Source: the human T2T-CHM13v2.0 reference genome, Homo sapiens. From it: a DNA stretch of 64,000 nucleotides. The stretch is from NCBI RefSeq assembly GCF_009914755.1, contig NC_060939.1, one strand, 5' to 3'. Under the pieces are notes generated by a model. That model was given only the letters and a program-made list of their open reading frames with translations. It had not been told where the DNA came from and did not search any database. The position numbers were made by a program, and so were the translations under genes. Of the stretch, positions 44,581 through 64,000 are shown piece after piece (position 1 is the stretch's first letter; the number at the start of each line of letters is the position of its first letter).

Positions 44581-44769
44581 ATTCTTAAAAAATTTTTTTG
44601 ACATGGTTTAGGATAGTCTAGTAACTTAACGTACTGTTGTTTTCAACAGGCTAGTGGTTATGATTTGTAAAAGAACTCTTCAGAAATGAGCTCAATTTTA
44701 CCATGAATTGGGGACACTTTACATTTCTATTTTATAGTGCAGTTTAATTGTCATGGGCTCTGTCTTTTA

Positions 44770-45311
<542 letters not shown>

Positions 45312-46151
45312 TATTCAATTTTGTCTCTGGTTATTAGTCTATTCTCAAATGTATTTTTCTTGTTGTTTTGTCTTTTTGTTTTTGCCTCTTCAAGTCAATG
45401 TCGGAAACTTAGTTGTTCTAGACTACCCATTAGCTCAGAGCTACCAGTAATCAGACTACCACTGCAACCTAAGCAACCGATTTTTCTTCCCCATCAGACT
45501 GGCAAAAATTAAGATAAGCATCTATTGATGTTGAAGCTGTAGGGAGTTTTCCTGAGCAAGTAATTATGACAGCCCTTTTTGCTAGGCACCTAGATGATTC
45601 ATCAAAATGAAATAAAATACCCATGCACTTGAAGAAGTTATCTGGTTTATTTCCTTACCTGGGTGCTGGTTATGTGAGGTGTACAGTTGATGAAAACTTA
45701 TTAAGCTTTATAATAGGTACAATTTTCTGTATGTGTAGTAGACGTCAATAGTTTTTAAAATGTCTTTTGCCACAGCCCGCAGCTGTGAATAATGCTATTC
45801 GCTTAACAGTGGAAAACGTGTCAATGACCTGAAACACCCTGGCTCCCGGGATCCTACCCCCTTAAGTTAAACAAATGAAATAACTTCCACTGTCTTTCCT
45901 AATGTCTTAATTCGGTCCTCAGTTAAACTGGCGGTTGGCGCCAGTTTTTTCCAGGGAAGGATTCTGGGAGACGGAGGAGGAGACGCCAGCATTTCGCCCC
46001 CTGCACCTCCAGCGGGCTGCGGTCCGCTCCCGGCCTCACTCGAGCAGGCCCCGCCCTCCCAGAGGCAGTTAGTCCAAGTCACGTGATCGTCGACTCAGCT
46101 GACCCTGCGGGACCGGAAAAAGAAATTCCCGGGCCCTGGCTTCTTGGCGCG

Positions 46152-50067
<3,916 letters not shown>

Positions 50068-50313
50068 GGAGAAGGGTGTTCCAGGCCTGTGTGGAGCCGC
50101 CCTGCCCGTATGGAGTCACGCCCTCTGAACTGCTCTTCGGGAGGCAGCCCTGGTTCTAGGATGCTGAGGCCCTGGCCCGGACTCTGGCCTCCCAGATCCC
50201 CAGCTGCCTCACTTCTCTCTTGAGAACTTGGCTCAGGGCTCCTGAGGACCTTTCCCAGCATTACCTTCCCTTCCCTTGAAAGGCAATTGTTGGCTGTTTT
50301 CATAAGCAGGAAA

Positions 50314-50319
50314 AATAAA
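50314..50319 (+). terminator. COMMD4 polyadenylation signal
   Basis: AATAAA about 250 nt after the stop, followed by GT/T-rich sequence. Confidence 0.8.
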
Positions 50320-50659
50320 CAGAAGTATAAAGGAATGTGTGCAGGGGGTTCTGTTTGGGTTCAGATCAAGGGTTTTTGTGAGAGAAACACAAGTGACATA
50401 CAGGCCTTCTTGGTCCATCACTCATTTTCTTTTCTCAATTGCTGATTGAGGGAGGTCATAGGTAAGGCCAACTGAGGACCAAAATGCATCTGCTTGTCTG
50501 GTGAGAAGAAAATCAGGGTTCTAGCTCCCAGATCTGGGATGCTCTTGGCTCTGCTGTCTTTGCCCCCTGGCCATGTCCTCAGGCTAGTAGCACGTTGGTG
50601 GCCCCAAAGCCAAATGCCCCTTGTACAGAAAGGAGATTGCCCTTGTTTCACTGCCATCT

Positions 50660-56641
<5,982 letters not shown>

Positions 56642-57049
56642 TTACTGTTAACTAATTTCTAATAACTTAGATATTATTAGATATTGTCAACTAATATCAA
56701 GTTGTTAATTCTATTCATTTATTATGGCAGAAGTATTTTAAAGTAAATTAGACAAATCATGACATTTCATACCCAATACTTTAACATGCATCTCTAAAAA
56801 CCAATTTCTTACAAAGCCACATAATTTTATTACGCCTAATAAGGAGACGTAGCAGGGTAGTGTGAAGGAGGGGAAATCGTGGCGATGGGTTAGGTATACA
56901 CTTAGAATGAAGTGCAGACTCCACACGGAGGCCCTCCCGAGGCCCAACCGGACCTGACCTGGGTTTGCTTCTCTGTCTTCACCTGCCAGCACTAACCCGC
57001 AGCTATACTCCAGCCACACAGGACTTCTTTGAGTTCTTTCAGTGACCAA

Positions 57050-63940
<6,891 letters not shown>

Positions 63941-64000
63941 GTTGGGCCCTACTGTTCACACAGGCAGAGACCCCAGGAGGCTGATGGGTGGAAACGTGGG

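Overview
Primate (almost certainly human) genomic DNA, recognisable from gene order as 15q24.2. From left to right it holds: (1) the 3' half of a GOLGA6-family golgin gene on + (1-4536, probably GOLGA6D), with two dead GOLGA2/GM130-type exons, an intronic 7SL retrocopy and a ~3.8 kb AT-rich insertion at the ancestral stop codon; (2) a tail-to-tail, unprocessed DNM1 3'-end pseudogene on - (about 8920-13200); (3) about 30 kb of mostly Alu/L1/LTR/DNA-transposon sequence, containing an ANP32B processed pseudogene (-) next to a solo HERV-K(HML-2) LTR5 (-); (4) the complete 8-exon COMMD4 gene (+, 199 aa); (5) the promoter CpG island and first five coding exons of NEIL1 (+), including antisense MIR631, an inverted Alu pair and the K242 A-to-I recoding hairpin. 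I found no CRISPR array, rRNA or tRNA, and I cannot demonstrate a wholly new system from sequence alone. The best testable hypotheses are: an intact GRASP-binding tail hidden behind the GOLGA6 stop codon; an LTR5/CpG-driven LRR-only ANP32B retrocopy; and in-frame N-terminal extensions that would block the catalytic Pro2 of NEIL1. Gene names and repeat subfamilies come from recognition of the sequences, not database searches.
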